A stretch of 57,901 nucleotides of DNA, filler included, from Sphacelaria rigidula (Eukaryota), in the NCBI GenBank assembly GCA_964200075.2. It is 7 parts of 7 records of this genome, joined end to end, with 100 filler letters (N's around TTAATTAATTAA, not from the genome) between each part and the next. Parts side by side here need not be neighbours in the genome. Positions count along the whole stretch, not along the records: positions 8,289 to 16,475 come from CAXNAA020011982.1; positions 16,576 to 24,761 come from CAXNAA020011983.1; positions 24,862 to 33,046 come from CAXNAA020011984.1; 4 more parts are not named here. One strand, 5' to 3'. The first letter of the stretch is position 1, and each line of letters starts with the position of its first letter. Shown here one piece after another: positions 12,447-25,419 of the stretch. The notes beneath the pieces were generated by a model that saw nothing but the letters and a program-made list of their open reading frames with translations, was not told the DNA's origin and did not search any database. The position numbers were made by a program, and so were the translations under genes.

Positions 12447-12860
12447 CCATTTGGACCATGCATGTTTTTTTCAAGTGAAAATTGATGCCGATTCAGCAGG
12501 TGACCTACCCTCGCGGTGTAAGGGTTACCCTTGGACCGCGATGCGGGTAGTCCATCTGGATCACATATAGTTTGTTTATGTAAATTGACGCCGATTCAGC
12601 AAGTGGCCTACCCTCATCGCGGTCAAATGGTTGACCCTTAGACAAAGGGTTGATCCTCAGGCCGCGGTGCGTGTCGTGTATCTGGATCACGCATGAGCTT
12701 TTCAAGTGAAAATTGATGCCGATTCAGCAGGTGCTTTACCCTCGCGGTCAAGAGGTCAACCCTTTCACCGCGAGGGTAGATCACCCGTGGAATCGGCATC
12801 AATTTCACTTGAAAAAAGTATGTGTAATCCAGACGGACTACCCGCATCACGGTCTAGGGG
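12419..12860. mobile_element. Array of four piggyBac-like about 105-bp MITE units (three in one orientation, the last inverted)
   Basis: Units bounded by CCCTT(A/G)GACCGCG...CGCGGT(C/G)(T/A)AGGG, separated by TTAA-like tetramers. Same core as 11437-11674, 34572-34676 and 48229-48332. Confidence 0.7.
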
Positions 12861-12876
12861 TTGTTCATGGATACAG

Positions 12877-13222
12877 CCTCGCCCCGGTGGCTCAGTTGGT
12901 AACCTCCAAGCCTTCTGACGGTTGGATCGTGGGTTCGAATCTTGGAGCAGTCTGGGATTTTTTCTCACACAATGCCAAATAGTGGAAACCGACCATGTCG
13001 TGGGTATGAAAATTCGACTTAATGGTCGACGAGGGAAAGGGACTGCTACACCCCTCTCGCGATACATAAAAAGGCAAGCACTGCAGAAGGAAGGTGGAAA
13101 ACTAAAACAAGCAAAAAAGAAAAACCTCCTGTGTTGACCTTCCTTCTGTGTGACCCCGGCTGGTGCGCCCACATATACCGAAAGGTGTAGACCGGCGTCC
13201 AGAATAGATGGGACGACAACAC
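12877..13222 (+). mobile_element. tRNA-derived SINE, second full-length copy
   Basis: GCCCCGGTGGCTCAGTTGG (A box), CTTCTGA anticodon-like loop, GGGTTCGAATC (B box). Body and 3' end are shared with 4302-4662. Confidence 0.85.
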
Positions 13223-13456
13223 GGTGTTTAATAAACCCCCCCCCCTGCCCCCCCTACATAGGGATTGATGTTCGCGGATGATTCATTGGGGATTTCAGGA
13301 ACAGCATGAGGATTACAGAAACAGGTAGACAGGGCGCTAGAATACACGCACACATGCAACCACGGCTTATACACTGCCTCATGGGTGTCTCACCATTTGA
13401 ACACCACGTAGTGGGCCTCTCTTATCGATTTTGTTTCCCTTCTCCTTTTCAACATC

Positions 13457-14260
13457 GCCCTTTGAAAGGGGATTGCCCCCAAAACGACCAGTTTTGAATC
13501 CTATCAAGAACAGCTTTGTACAGATCGAACCCCAGATCTACACGTGGGTTCAGAAATTGATCAAGGAACACGGACAAAAAACGAAAGGTGTGATCGGCTT
13601 TGCGACGTTTGTATTTTCACTTCTGCTCCTTGCCCGCTCTGTCACGATGACCTCGGATGCCGGCCACGCTCACACACATATATGCACTTTCGAGCGCACG
13701 GTAGCGACAGCCTGTAGCCAGAGTAGCAACAAATATCTCATGCCGTACAACACTCGCTCCGGCTGCTGGCAGGTACTCGAGGCACTCGACGCGGCACCGG
13801 TGCCCTGTTTGAAGACACCCTTCACCCCTTGACATTCCAAATGAACAGTGTCATCGACAAGGCAGATTCGGTTGTACTTCCACCTTGACTGTTGTCAAGT
13901 AAGGGAGAACCATCCAGTGCGAAATTGCCAGTGGCGGGTGCAGCACCTGCACCACGACTGACCGCGCCACTCATGGTGTAGAGTTGCGTGTATCCCTGAG
14001 CGTACTGTTTCACTGCTATGCTGTGTGGCGTACGATCCATTGTGTGCTGCTGCTGCCATGCGTGGACAATACCGTGTGGCTCTGCTGTAGCCGTGTATCG
14101 TCGACTTGAGTAGGTCTATTCTTTTCTCCCGCACGCCGCAGGCAAAAAGATGGCGTTATACGACGGAAACGAATCTTCTATTTCGTAAGTACAACTTAAT
14201 CAACCCTTCTCGATCAGACTGAAAACTGGTCGTTGTTGGGGCAATAAATTTTCAAAAGTG
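13457..14260. mobile_element. About 800-bp element bounded by degenerate about 50-bp inverted repeats
   Basis: ctttgaaaggggattgcccccaaaacgaccagttttgaatcc (13460) is the inverse of gactgaaaactggtcgttgttggggcaataaattttcaaaag (14217-14258). No TSD seen. Confidence 0.55.
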
Positions 14261-14518
14261 ATTTTTATTCATCACCGGTCCGGTGTGTTGTAGCAAGCGT
14301 GCGGAGAAGGAAATATCTAATGAGCTGTCATTTCAACATAAGTGGTCCAGGGCACGCCTTAAAAAGATATAACTGTACATCCTGCGGGGGGGCTAGATGA
14401 GAGACGGTGGGCCATTCTACTCGCTTCGGTCCTTGCTTTTTCGGGATAGATAGTTTTTCCATGAATGTAGCGCTGTCGGGTTGGCGCCAATACGGTCAGG
14501 CCTCCATTTTCTTCTTCC

Positions 14519-14677
14519 GTAGTGGTTACGGTCAACCGTGGGGTTGGGAGTTCTCATCTGCTTTTACTGATAAAATTGTGGTAATTATCACGGAAATCGT
14601 AGTGGTTACGATTGACAGTGGGGTTGGGAGTTCCCATCTGCTTTTACTGATAAAGTTATGGTGATTATCATGGAAAT
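14519..14677. repeat. Tandem duplication, 80-bp unit x2
   Basis: gtagtggttacg...gtggggttgggagtt.ccatctgcttttactgataaa.tt.tggt.attatca.ggaaat starts at 14519 and 14599. Confidence 0.9.
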
Positions 14678-15669
14678 ATTTTGATCACTTGCTAGACTTG
14701 TGCCGTTGATACCTGCGGCACTGCTGCCACGCGCGTCAGCCGTGGCTTACCACTAGTCATCTATTAATACAATTGTTTGATGCCGTGGCAGTACTATCAG
14801 AACATTTTTATGCCGGTTGGAATTATACAGTCAAGTCACAGTAGTAGGATATACCGTCACTCAGCAACACGTACGATTCGTAGTACGCTTTCCTTGATGG
14901 ACAAACAGAACGCCATCGTGTTCACGTGTTGAGTACGCGACCCTCTCCAGCATTGCCGCATTGTTACTATAAAACCTATCACAAAGTCATTATCCAGCGG
15001 TCACCTTGACTGAAAAATCATCATCCAACCGCCAAGTTCTCTTCCCTTGCGACCGGTAAAACAACTGATATGCCCAAACTCTTCGGTTTGAGGCTGCTCA
15101 GGTAAAGGCCAGCATCGTGGTGGTGAAGGTACGGTTCGATTCCGTATTCTGGCGGAGAAACAGGAAGGAAAAGGGATTTCGACACCATTTTTCGATTTTT
15201 CTCGTTCTCCACCGGCTTTGGGGGGGGGGGGGGGGGTCTGCGTAACGTATTCCAGTCTGTAAGGCCCCTTGCCTGAACAATAAAAAAGTACCATGTGACG
15301 GAAACTAACGCAGTGGCTATGCGTAGCACCTCCTCCCCCCCAATTCTCGATTGCTATACAGGCTGGGCCGCCCAAGAAGCTCACTTGCCTTCAGCCCGTT
15401 TTAAGTGACGATGTATCGCGAGTTGTGCCTACTATGACACATCGTGGTAATCAGCAAATCAGCGCGTCTTCAAATCCATGTAGCACTACGATCCGACAAG
15501 GTCTCATCAAACGAAACACCAAACTGTAGTCAAGTGCGAAAGTGTATAGAGTTGAGGGTACTATGTGCGGCGGCCAAAAGAAAACGGCAGAGATTGCATT
15601 TTCGGTTACAGTCAGTTTTGTGCCGCGTGGTGCCGCACAAGCTGTAGCACAATTCCCAAGCTCAATATA

Positions 15670-15911
15670 CAGTCGTTTACGATGAAATTTTGAATAATGT
15701 ACAGGACGTATGTGCAAACACCTCTTCGTTCCTCCCGTGTATTTTTGTTTCTTTCCTTCGTGAGTTATTGGCGACGGAACATTTCAGAACATTTTTTCGG
15801 GAACAAAATTGCCAATAACTCACGAAGAAACGAAAAAAACATTGGAGGAAAGGTTCGGTATTCGCACATACGTCTTGTACATCGTGTCGAAATTTCATCG
15901 AAAACAGCTTG
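15670..15911. mobile_element. Foldback MITE, possibly Tc1/mariner-derived
   Basis: Long imperfect palindrome: cgatgaaattttga..tgtacaggacgtatgtgc...ttcgtgagttattggc pairs with gccaataactcacgaa...gcacatacgtcttgtaca..cgaaatttcatcg. Left end is TA-CAG. Confidence 0.7.
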
Positions 15912-16475
15912 AAATGTAACAGCATAAATGCGTTTGAATTATTCGTAACTGGTCCACCTCCATTTACTACAGTAACCGGTTGTCGACGGAATGACGCGTA
16001 TTCTTCGCTCAATTTTGGATCGCTTTCACGGTTAGAACAAATGAAATCGTGATTCAACTCATGTTCATCTTTTTAACGAATAAATTATGCGAGTCGTACA
16101 TCATTTGTAATCCATACAGGTTTCGAGCTCTTGTGTCGTGCAGTACATCGTCAACGGTACCCGTTTTCCACCTCCAGGTCATAATGGGTTCAGAAAACCT
16201 TTAGACAGCGACCCCCCCGCTGGTAGACTGAGGTAGACACAATACTTTTTGGGTTCAGAACCATTCCTCTGTCACAACTCAAACGCCTACTCTACGGCGG
16301 AAGGGACCGGGAGTGCATAAGGGGCACATAGTTGCGCCATAACATAGACGGTGGTGTGGTTGTCGACCACCTGATTATCACGCCTCATTTTTTTGTTGTG
16401 CAGTCTGAAGTGTATCGTGCCGCGGCTGCACGTGCGCTCTGCAGCGTACTAGATTGTACAGTGTTGAACGTGCCG

Positions 16476-16575
16476 NNNNNNNNNNNNNNNNNNNNNNNNN
16501 NNNNNNNNNNNNNNNNNNNTTAATTAATTAANNNNNNNNNNNNNNNNNNNNNNNNNNNNNNNNNNNNNNNNNNNN
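16476..16575. other. Artificial contig spacer
   Basis: N44-TTAATTAATTAA-N44. Confidence 0.97.
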
Positions 16576-16629
16576 GTTGTGTGTGCGTTCGGTGCGGAGG
16601 GGGTGGGGGGGGGGGGTGGGGGGGGGGGT

Positions 16630-16862
16630 GTGGGGGGGATTTCGGTCCACTTCTTGCACGAAATCCCAAGTCAAGTCGTCGTTGAAAGTAGCAAAGATTG
16701 TTCGAACGAGCTTGTTATGGATATGTAACACTCATTGATACTGCTTGTTGACACCGTTTCTAACCAAATACAAGCGCACCGCGAGTGTGGCAGGTCGTCT
16801 GACACGCATGTGAGACTCTTTTTCCGTGCAATCAAATACCCCCCCTCCCTCAATCGTAGGAT
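16630..16862 (+). mobile_element. MITE, ATGCTACG-TIR subfamily 3, 5' end lost at the contig edge
   Basis: Homologous to 38881-39127 (ttcttgcacgaaat...ccaaatacaagcgca.cgcgagtgtg...atcaaa.acccccc). Ends ATCGTAGGAT. Confidence 0.7.
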
Positions 16863-19800
16863 GACAGTGCACCGAAGCAGCTGCAGCAGCATGCACCGAA
16901 GCAGGCGCGTGGTGTTTCTTCTTCTGGTTAAAGTATTTATGGACTATGGCTCACTTCAGTGTATGATGATAGAGTACCCAGACAATTTGCTTTCCCGTAT
17001 ACTTGTGGATCTTATTTTAGACATCACTTTGTTTTGCCACGCTCTCTTCACTATATCATCGCAAATATTTTCTCCAGTGATATGACAGAAAGTCCACCCC
17101 ACCACCCCACACCGTACTCTGTAACATGAGTGATGGTGACACGCTTATTGTTTAGGTCTGGAAGAGGTGTGAACGCACGTGTGGCGGCGTGTAGAATCAC
17201 CATCATTCTTCGAATCCCGCGCGCGACGTGTGTGATTTATGATGCTCGTGTGCGTGACGACTTCGACCGCTTCATTTTCTTTACAGTAATCATTTCGCGT
17301 TGAGACTGACGAAAAACCGAATAACCCGAGGACAGGATTTCATCTGTGGATACGCCTCAGAACCGCGGCCAACACCGCTACAGTAAGTACAGGAGGTTAG
17401 ATGAGTGCCGTCCTGGTGTCACTCCATGTCGTCCGAGGCCACCTTCGAATCCTTCAAGAAAGAAAACGGTGTGCGAGGTACGCAGCCCCACAGCATCGTG
17501 TCAGTGTAACGTACATGTTGCGATTCGCGGCAGGAAGCGATCCTTGCCTCCAAGAATTGTCAAGTCAAAACAGCACATACTTGTCGGACAAGCAGAGACA
17601 AAAAAACACGTGTTTTTTCGTCTTTGGTAGTCCTGAGTGGGCTACGATACCTGAAGGGTTAGGTAACCCCTTCGCGAGAAGGCATGCCAGCCAGAGTATC
17701 TCGTTTGTCGTATCGTTGACAACACATGCCGTTTTTTTCCATTGTCACCCCGAGTGACCCTACAGTATCTTGTGTAGGATTGACTGATCAGGCGGGTGCG
17801 ATGCAACGCATACTGTACTGCCCGCTACCCAACCCTTCGCCGACTGCCGCAAGTTGCGCGCGTAGAATGTTGCCGTGAGGCTAGTGTTGCACGGGAACAG
17901 CACACAGGTCATCCAAAGGGGCAGAAAATGCGCTCAAGATACCAGAGATGAAACTGGCCATCAGTTCATCATTATTCCCTCACTGCATCGTGAGAAATTT
18001 CAGTCTTCGTGGGCCAACCTATCCGGGGAACCCTGGCATATCGGATTTGTACGGTTAGCCACGAGAATTTGCAAGGACTCGGGTGCACTACTGTACTGGG
18101 GCATGCCAACGGAACCATGCCGAGCACACAACGATTGCTTGCTCTATAAAGTACCGGTTGCTTCCTATTTTTGTATATATACATGTGCATGAACTTCAGC
18201 GCATTTGGCTCTGCCCACCTCGAACGGCAATCGCCGAGGTGGCGTATTGAAAGCTCCATTGCTCATGATGTGCAGCAAAGCCCTCAATGGAACCGTAGAA
18301 CACCCGCGATCGGTGAGCCCTTTCAGCTGCGATATTCCGGACGGAAAGAGATCTCTACACGACGAAGACCTTGTTCATCGGACAATCTCAAACTAGATAT
18401 TTTCAGTGGAATAGGCTTTCAGTTTTCGGCGGTGTGGCCAACGCTTGGATGCGATGATGTCGGCACAATATGTACCGGTTCATCAATAAAGAATCAGCCG
18501 TTACATTTTTTAAAATTAAGCGGGCAAAACTCCCAAACTGCAGGCAGCGAATAGCCCCTTAGCAGCCGGTGTCGGTTCTTCGTGCACGGAAAGGTATGGT
18601 CTTTCTGCGGTTGCTTTGAGTGACCTGTGCCCCCTTTTTGAAAAGATAGCTAATTATGAAGATGCACGTACAATCATCTCGTTGCACATAGCCCCAGCCT
18701 CGTTAGTCCTGCCCGCGTGAGTGAAAAATTGTGGGTCCGCTACAGAGTCGTGCCTCAGGTACGGCGGATAACACCCTGTCGTGATGAGTTGTTCGATCAG
18801 CTGCATTGATCATGCCACGTAATGCGTATAGTATTTTCACCGATATCAAGATACATGTGAGACATGCCGGGAAAGGGGGGCTAAAACGTTGCCATAAGGT
18901 TGCCGGCTCTTCTCACTCCTTTCCTTACCTACGTGATATAACACCCCCTATTTTCGTTTTCAACCTCAGTAGATTGTCTCTACAACTGCGGTGACCACGA
19001 CGATTGTGGCGACGCGGCGGAATGCTGTGTCATCGAGACGTCTTTTCCTCTTCTGTATATGAATGTACGATTCCTCCCGGGAGTAAGCAACTGTACCCCT
19101 GGCGAGAATTGTCTTGAAAAATATAACAATCAGCACATCGACGGTACTAATGACCTTGTGCATGTTACAACAGTATCCGGTACACGGAACAACTGTGCAA
19201 TTTGATGCGTTTGACATGCGACTAATACTTGAATTGCTCTGTAGCGGTGGAAGCACCTAACGTCCAGAGCTAGTATGTCCTTGTGCGAGCACATTCGAGT
19301 TTATCTATATATTGCTTCATACGCCTGCTATCGTCTGCTTCTCTCAGTATTAGTATCTACAGGGCAATGCACTCCTCCTCGTGGACAAGAGCGATCCCAA
19401 CTTTGTAGACACAACACACCACCCTTTGTGAGGTGACACGGCTTTCAACATCGTTTTTCCTCGAGCAGCAAAACCCCGACCCTCCGAAGTATTCCGTTTT
19501 AAAGAAATAAGCATCTATGTGTCGAACTTGCAATAGTAATCATGCCACTTTTATTTTAAGAAAACACAAAACGATTTGATTGCTCATTGTGGCCGCGAGG
19601 TCTCCGCAACATGTGACCCAAAAGGCGACAGACTCTCCATGTGTACTTGTGCAGTGCTCGAGGAGGCTTTGCATGATATAGCCGATAGCTTACTTGAGCA
19701 CCTGGTATAGTACAGTGCCGCATATACCATGCATAACATACACTTTAAATGTATGCCCGATCTACGGTGCGAGGGAGCATCGAAAATATGCGGGGAAGAG

Positions 19801-21444
19801 GGACAAAGCCGAAATCGTGTGTAGTGCTTTTCCCTTCATTTGTTTGTGTGAAGCTCACGGGCCCCATCATTTTGTTGCAAGAGATCCACAGCAGCATCGC
19901 AAACCACGAGGGGAGAAGAAGAGGCTTCTAGAGAAAGTATTCACCACCATCGTCGTTGTATCGACAATTCAACCATATATCCCTATATACACATGGTCGT
20001 GTCGGCGGTATGCCCAACTCACGACAGCACCATAGCGCATGGGCGTCACCGGGGCATCAGTGGTCAATGCCTTGAGGCAGCTTTGCACACGTCGGAAAGC
20101 CCTTGAGCTACCTAGATATTACTTGTTATTAGTGTGCTGATCCGGATCATGAGCTAGCTCGATTGGATCAAATTCCCACATTTGCTCCCTACGGCGCTGG
20201 AGGCTGAGCACTGGTGGTCGCACAAAAGCGGCACTTTGATTTCTCGGACCCCGCTGCACGTATATCTGATGTTTATGGACAATGGATCTGAGCGTCCTTG
20301 TCGATTGAATGTCTTTGGTAGCTCTCCAGCTTTCCGGTGTGTTGAACTTTGAAGGGCTTTGTGCTGAGCAGAGCGGTGCACGTTTGACGTTCAACCACCG
20401 GGTAACTGTGGTGAGTGTTGATAGCTTCTTGGTTCGCTGTGTCCGCGTAGACCTGCTCTTGGGAAGTTGCCGCTCCCGAGTTGTGTTTCCACGGAGCAGT
20501 TCCGAGCCAAGGGCAGAAAATCTGCTACCCAAAGTGTGAAGACAGCTTTTCTCAAAACTTGTTCGACGCGCCCAGAAAACGCCGCGGCAGTTCCTCGCGA
20601 CTCGGGCGTGCTGACCTGTTGATGCAATAAATGGGGGCGGCACTGTACGTGATGTCATTAGCGAGCTGTTTTTACATCGTAGTTGCCTTTCTGAGGTGCA
20701 TACGCTGGGTTTCGGACTTCGTCGAAGTGAGCACTTCCCCTGGGTCTGGGACGAAGGAACGCCGGGAAAAAAAATTAGTAAGATTACTTGCTTATTTTTT
20801 TCGTTTCATGTTATTTTTCCTATTTTTCCGCTCCGTGCCTTTTCGTTTCAATTCCTGGTTGGTCTTCTCCTTTTTGTTTTTTTTTGCCTGCCCCTGTTTT
20901 TATTTATTTTGGACATGTGCGCTTTGACTTTTTGTTTCTCCGTGTACAAATTTTGTTTGTTCTATACTTTCGTTTTGTTTTCACTTGTCCTTTCCTGTAG
21001 CGAGCGTCTTCCTTTTGTTTTACCTCGAGTGCATCCCGCGTGCGACCATGGCGGGGTCCCTCTTGTGGAAAATGATCAATTCATTTGCCACAATCAACCA
21101 AATTAATCAATGTCGAATACCTCCGCACCCTATACATATTTGGCATCCCTTCAACGGTGACAACCGTGGCTTGAGGCCTACTCCTTGGGTGATGAGCTAT
21201 TTTGGCGTCCAAGTTACTCGATAGTTGCAGTGATCACAGCTCCGCTTGCGGCCACTCCGCTGGCGTCTACGTCCACAAGTGAAGTGTCATCGGGACAATA
21301 TCTTGTTTGCACACACTTTTGCTGAACGATTCCTGCTTCTAGACTACCGGGTCGTGTCCGCTCGTCGCGTGGTCGAGGTTGGAAACATGAGAAAACCTTT
21401 TAGATGTGGGAACCACCACATAGAAGGGACAAATGCCCACAAGT

Positions 21445-21585
21445 GTCTTGTCAAGGAGTCATATTTTCACACTGGCGACACCATGAGATAGCTCCTACAT
21501 TCCACGAACAAAAGGCCCCGGATTCAAATCTCGGATCCCACCGGACTGGTGGCAGCCGAAAAAAGTGGTGGATACCCTCTGTAGC
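21445..21585 (+). mobile_element. Dispersed repeat with a degenerate tRNA-like (B-box) segment
   Basis: tggcgacaccatgagatagct...ccacgaacaaaaggccccggattcaaatctcggatcccacc...tggataccctctg matches the reverse complement of 46564-46700, which carries GGGTTCAAATCCCGG...ACCA. Confidence 0.6.
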
Positions 21586-23168
21586 AGAGGTCAAAACCCA
21601 CGGAAAACCTCCTGCGGCGACTGTTGGTTGGATGGTCCAACACACATAGAAGATGTGTGGATTTAAAACGCAAGAATCCAACATCTAGCCGGCGTAAAAG
21701 GTTACTCCTGCAAAACCCCCAAAAGGTCTATGAAGGGGGGGAGGTTGATGTGGGAAGCACCACAAAGAACGGACAGATTGCCATGTCAAGGAATAACCTT
21801 ATTACATATAGACATATAGACCATTTTTCCACCTACACTACGCAGAGACAACGCGACAATAGAAAAAGAAGCAACTGTGGCTATTGAGGACCCCCCACGT
21901 CTCTGTTGAACCTTCTCTCAATATTTGTTCGGGCCGTATCTTTTGAACGGCGTGTAGACTTGTCTGAAATCAGAACAAGGTGGCAGTGCTTCTCTAGAGG
22001 CTTCCTCCCTATCAAGGGCTCCAGAGACTTCAAGACTCGAGCAGTTATAGAAACAGAAGCAGAAGTCTTCCCTGTTTTGCTCTCCTTACAAGCACAATAC
22101 GTTACGCATCCAATAATCATCCTCCAACCCATTATCACAAGATCCAAATTGATATCCGCATGCTACCGTACTCCTCATGCTAGAGGTGCTGCTGTACTTT
22201 CTCTACAGGCCACCAGATGGGCGTCGAAATGTGCACTGTTATCTCGCCTCAATATTAACAAGGCTTGAACCAATTTTTAGCACACTTGAAAAACAGATCA
22301 TTTGTGTTGATTACTGCTTCAAAACATCTTCCAGCTGCCCCTCGACGGCCGTCTTTTGTTTGCTCGCATGTTAAAATATGAGAGCGAGCCAGCGACCGAT
22401 CGAGGCGCCCGGCCCACGCCGGGGTCATTATAATGTTGCAGGCAACCTGCCTGTTGGTCTACGCTTTGGCGTTGTGTATGCTGATTGACTCGGACACTTT
22501 TACGGTCTCTTTCACTTGGATCAGCCTGCTTTGCCGGGGAAAAAAAGGTGTTGGTTGTTTCCATCGCCTTTGAGGGTTGGTGTCGGTTGGTTACGATGCT
22601 GCAAGACACGCAACCAGGTTACCATTTGTTGTTCGCTTGCGCCTTGTTGCGGTAGCCATGATGGTGGTATTGCGTAGTGCTTAAGTAGTGAGACACCCAT
22701 AAGCCAGTGTGTAACCCGCGGCTGTTTCCGGCAGTTGCGATACCAGAAAAAGAAGCAAAGCATTGTAGGCTGTCATCCAAATGCAAGATAATCAGTACGC
22801 GCCGAATACATCACGGCGCTTCGCGCTTTGTGATTGCGAGCCTGGTCTGGCGAAAACCCGGCGCACTCCGTCCTGGCTTTTTATGAACGCGATGCCAACG
22901 GTCTTATGACTACTGCATGCAAGATCATGAGTATAACCCCTGCACCCCTGCACTTCAGTTTCGTTTTTCTTGTGTACGTCCATCATAAGACCACGGTTGA
23001 ACCCCTGGGGGGTCAGTGAAAGTGCGACAATCAATCAATCAATCAAATACCCCCGCGAGGTCAACGGTCATATGACTATGGCATGCATGATCATGAGTAC
23101 CCCCCCCCCAACGCCGCCCCCTGCTGTCCACGTTCACAATTGCTGGTCGTGTCGATGCCGGCAGACAG

Positions 23169-23298
23169 GCTCCGGAAAGTCTTTCTGGCAGAAAAGCACA
23201 GCAAGCAGATGCCGGACCAGGACGGATCATCGGAGGAATTCGTCGACGAAGAATCGGAGGAAGAGGAAGAGGCGTCTTCGGCGTCGTTTGATTCAGAG
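23169..23298 (+). CDS. Probable exon of an unidentified gene (acidic tract)
   Basis: Acceptor gacag| and donor GAG|gtaact. Encodes LRKVFLAEKHSKQMPDQDGSSEEFVDEESEEEEEASSASFDSE. Other weak exon candidates in contig 3 lie at about 17336-17477 and 24307-24348. Confidence 0.45.
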
Positions 23299-24761
23299 GT
23301 AACTAGGTCTAAAAAAATCAAGTGCATCACCAGACTTCTCGCTTTCATGTATTCGGGACTGACGATTCTCAGTAGCCCATGCCGACTCTGCCGTCGTTGT
23401 AAGCTTTCATGCATTCATGCATGTATCGCTCCAAGATGGATGCACCCATCGTTTTTCGCCGTGACGCGACAGAGTAGTTTAACACCTGGCGGGTATTGTC
23501 AACGCCGTACACAGCAATGCATGAAGCGCTCCAGGGTCTCGTAGTGAAAGAACCCCTGACGCAAGCCGGCATCAGGATTGGACTATGCTTTTGCGGCACC
23601 TCGCAGCTGGACCTATACATATATATATATATATAAACTGTATACATATATACATATGGCCCATAACATCGGCGCCTCGCACTGGCAGCTAACGGTACAA
23701 CGTTAACCATTTGGTTGGGGAAAATTTGGGTTCGATTACCGGGAGATGAATCTAAGTTTTCCTGAAAAATAGCATGACTTTTTACGTGCAGAGCAAGATC
23801 TTACATGGCCATCTTTGAACCGGGTGGCAAAAATGGCGATATCTTAATCGGCCGCTAGTCTCACGAGTCTCACAAGACCAGCGATTAACCGGACGGTGGA
23901 AGAGGATATTGTCACGTGACCAACTTTGAACCGGGCGATGCTCTTGCACGACCATCTTTGAAACGAGAGGAAAGGCGCTCGATTCCGCTGAACCATGTGT
24001 AGATTGCTGAAGCTGTGTGTACAATATTCCGAACCGGAACATTCGTCTCCCCGAAACTTTACAGAATGATGCTCAACCGAATTTGTTTTTAGAAACTGCA
24101 CCTTTTCATTCCGAACCGGCATGTATTGTCTTGAAACGGTACCCACTTCACCGACTTGAGGGTTTTGACACGGCGACTCGGTTCGGCGAATCCGCCCCGG
24201 CCGCGAAGCAAACACACGGGATCGGCTCTGCCGACGGAATTCACACACGACCATCTTTTTTGCCAGACGGCAAATGCAAATATCTCAGATAATCATCTCT
24301 CAACAGGGAGCAAGTCCCACGTGGTCATCTTGAGAGCAGATGGCAGAGGTGAGAGCCACACATAACTGTCTTCAAAGCAGGCAAGACTCGCACGTGATCA
24401 CATTTGAATTGGACAGCGAAATTTTGAAATCGCACCTCACCAGCTCTAAATCGGTTCGGGAACATGGACACTTGGAAAAAGACACTTGTGAATCTGGTCA
24501 TGTGAAGAGCCTTGAAAGAAATTTGTGATTGCCGTCGCTGAAAAGAGGGGGACATGACTTGAAAAAGACCTTATTTGACAAGAGTCAAGGAGGTTCGTGA
24601 GTGCTGATCCAATCCGCAATGCGAATACCCGAGATGTGTGTGTACGGGTGACACTTTCTACGATAGCCCCCCCCCTCCCCCCCCGCTGGTGAGGCACCCA
24701 TGAGGTAGTGTATATTCTGTGGCTGTCTCGGGAAGTGGCGATACCAGAAAATAAAGCAACT

Positions 24762-24861
24762 NNNNNNNNNNNNNNNNNNNNNNNNNNNNNNNNNNNNNNN
24801 NNNNNTTAATTAATTAANNNNNNNNNNNNNNNNNNNNNNNNNNNNNNNNNNNNNNNNNNNN
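24762..24861. other. Artificial contig spacer
   Basis: N44-TTAATTAATTAA-N44. Confidence 0.97.
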
Positions 24862-25180
24862 ATGAGGCGCTTCATGCAGCCTGATCCCGAACATCAGGCG
24901 CTGTATGGCCATTTTTTTTGTGACACTTTTAGCTGGTTTTGGGGGGGGGGCTATCGTAAAAAGTGCCAAAGCTACCAGTACCGTGAAAAATGGCAACGAA
25001 TTTCATCAACTGTTGAAAGTAACCGTTTGAAATTGGTGCTATAGAGTTGACGCTAGAGTAGGAAGGAAATTCTGGCTTTTTAAATGGGCCAATTGTTTCG
25101 AGTGCTCGTGCCGGGGCATATCAAGTCGCTTCGTCGTACTTCACACCCGAGCCCCCAAATTGAGGCCTTCCAACGGAGTC

Positions 25181-25419
25181 ATGCTACGATAGGGGTTGCA
25201 CTTTTTTGTTTCGGGTCTCTCTGTAGAAATCCGAGTATATGCGGCTTACTGTACAACCGAAAGATCCGGGGACCAGAAATGCAGATGCACCCAGGGGCCT
25301 TTTCGTGAATCGGCATCATTTCAGTATTATTTTTCAAATAATAATCATGCCGGTTCTCAAAATGATCCGTCCAACACCCCGAGAAACATTTTGGCTGAAA
25401 AAAAAACCTATCGTAGCAT
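25181..25419. mobile_element. MITE, ATGCTACG-TIR subfamily 2
   Basis: Perfect 13-bp TIR ATGCTACGATAGG / CCTATCGTAGCAT, 239 bp. Internal sequence differs from subfamilies 1 and 3. Confidence 0.75.

Noticed and set aside
10996..12860. CRISPR-like array
   Set aside because: The units are whole duplications or MITEs without unique spacers. There are no cas genes and the context is eukaryotic.
12881..12950. Functional tRNA gene
   Set aside because: The acceptor and D arms do not pair properly, and it continues into a repeated SINE body.
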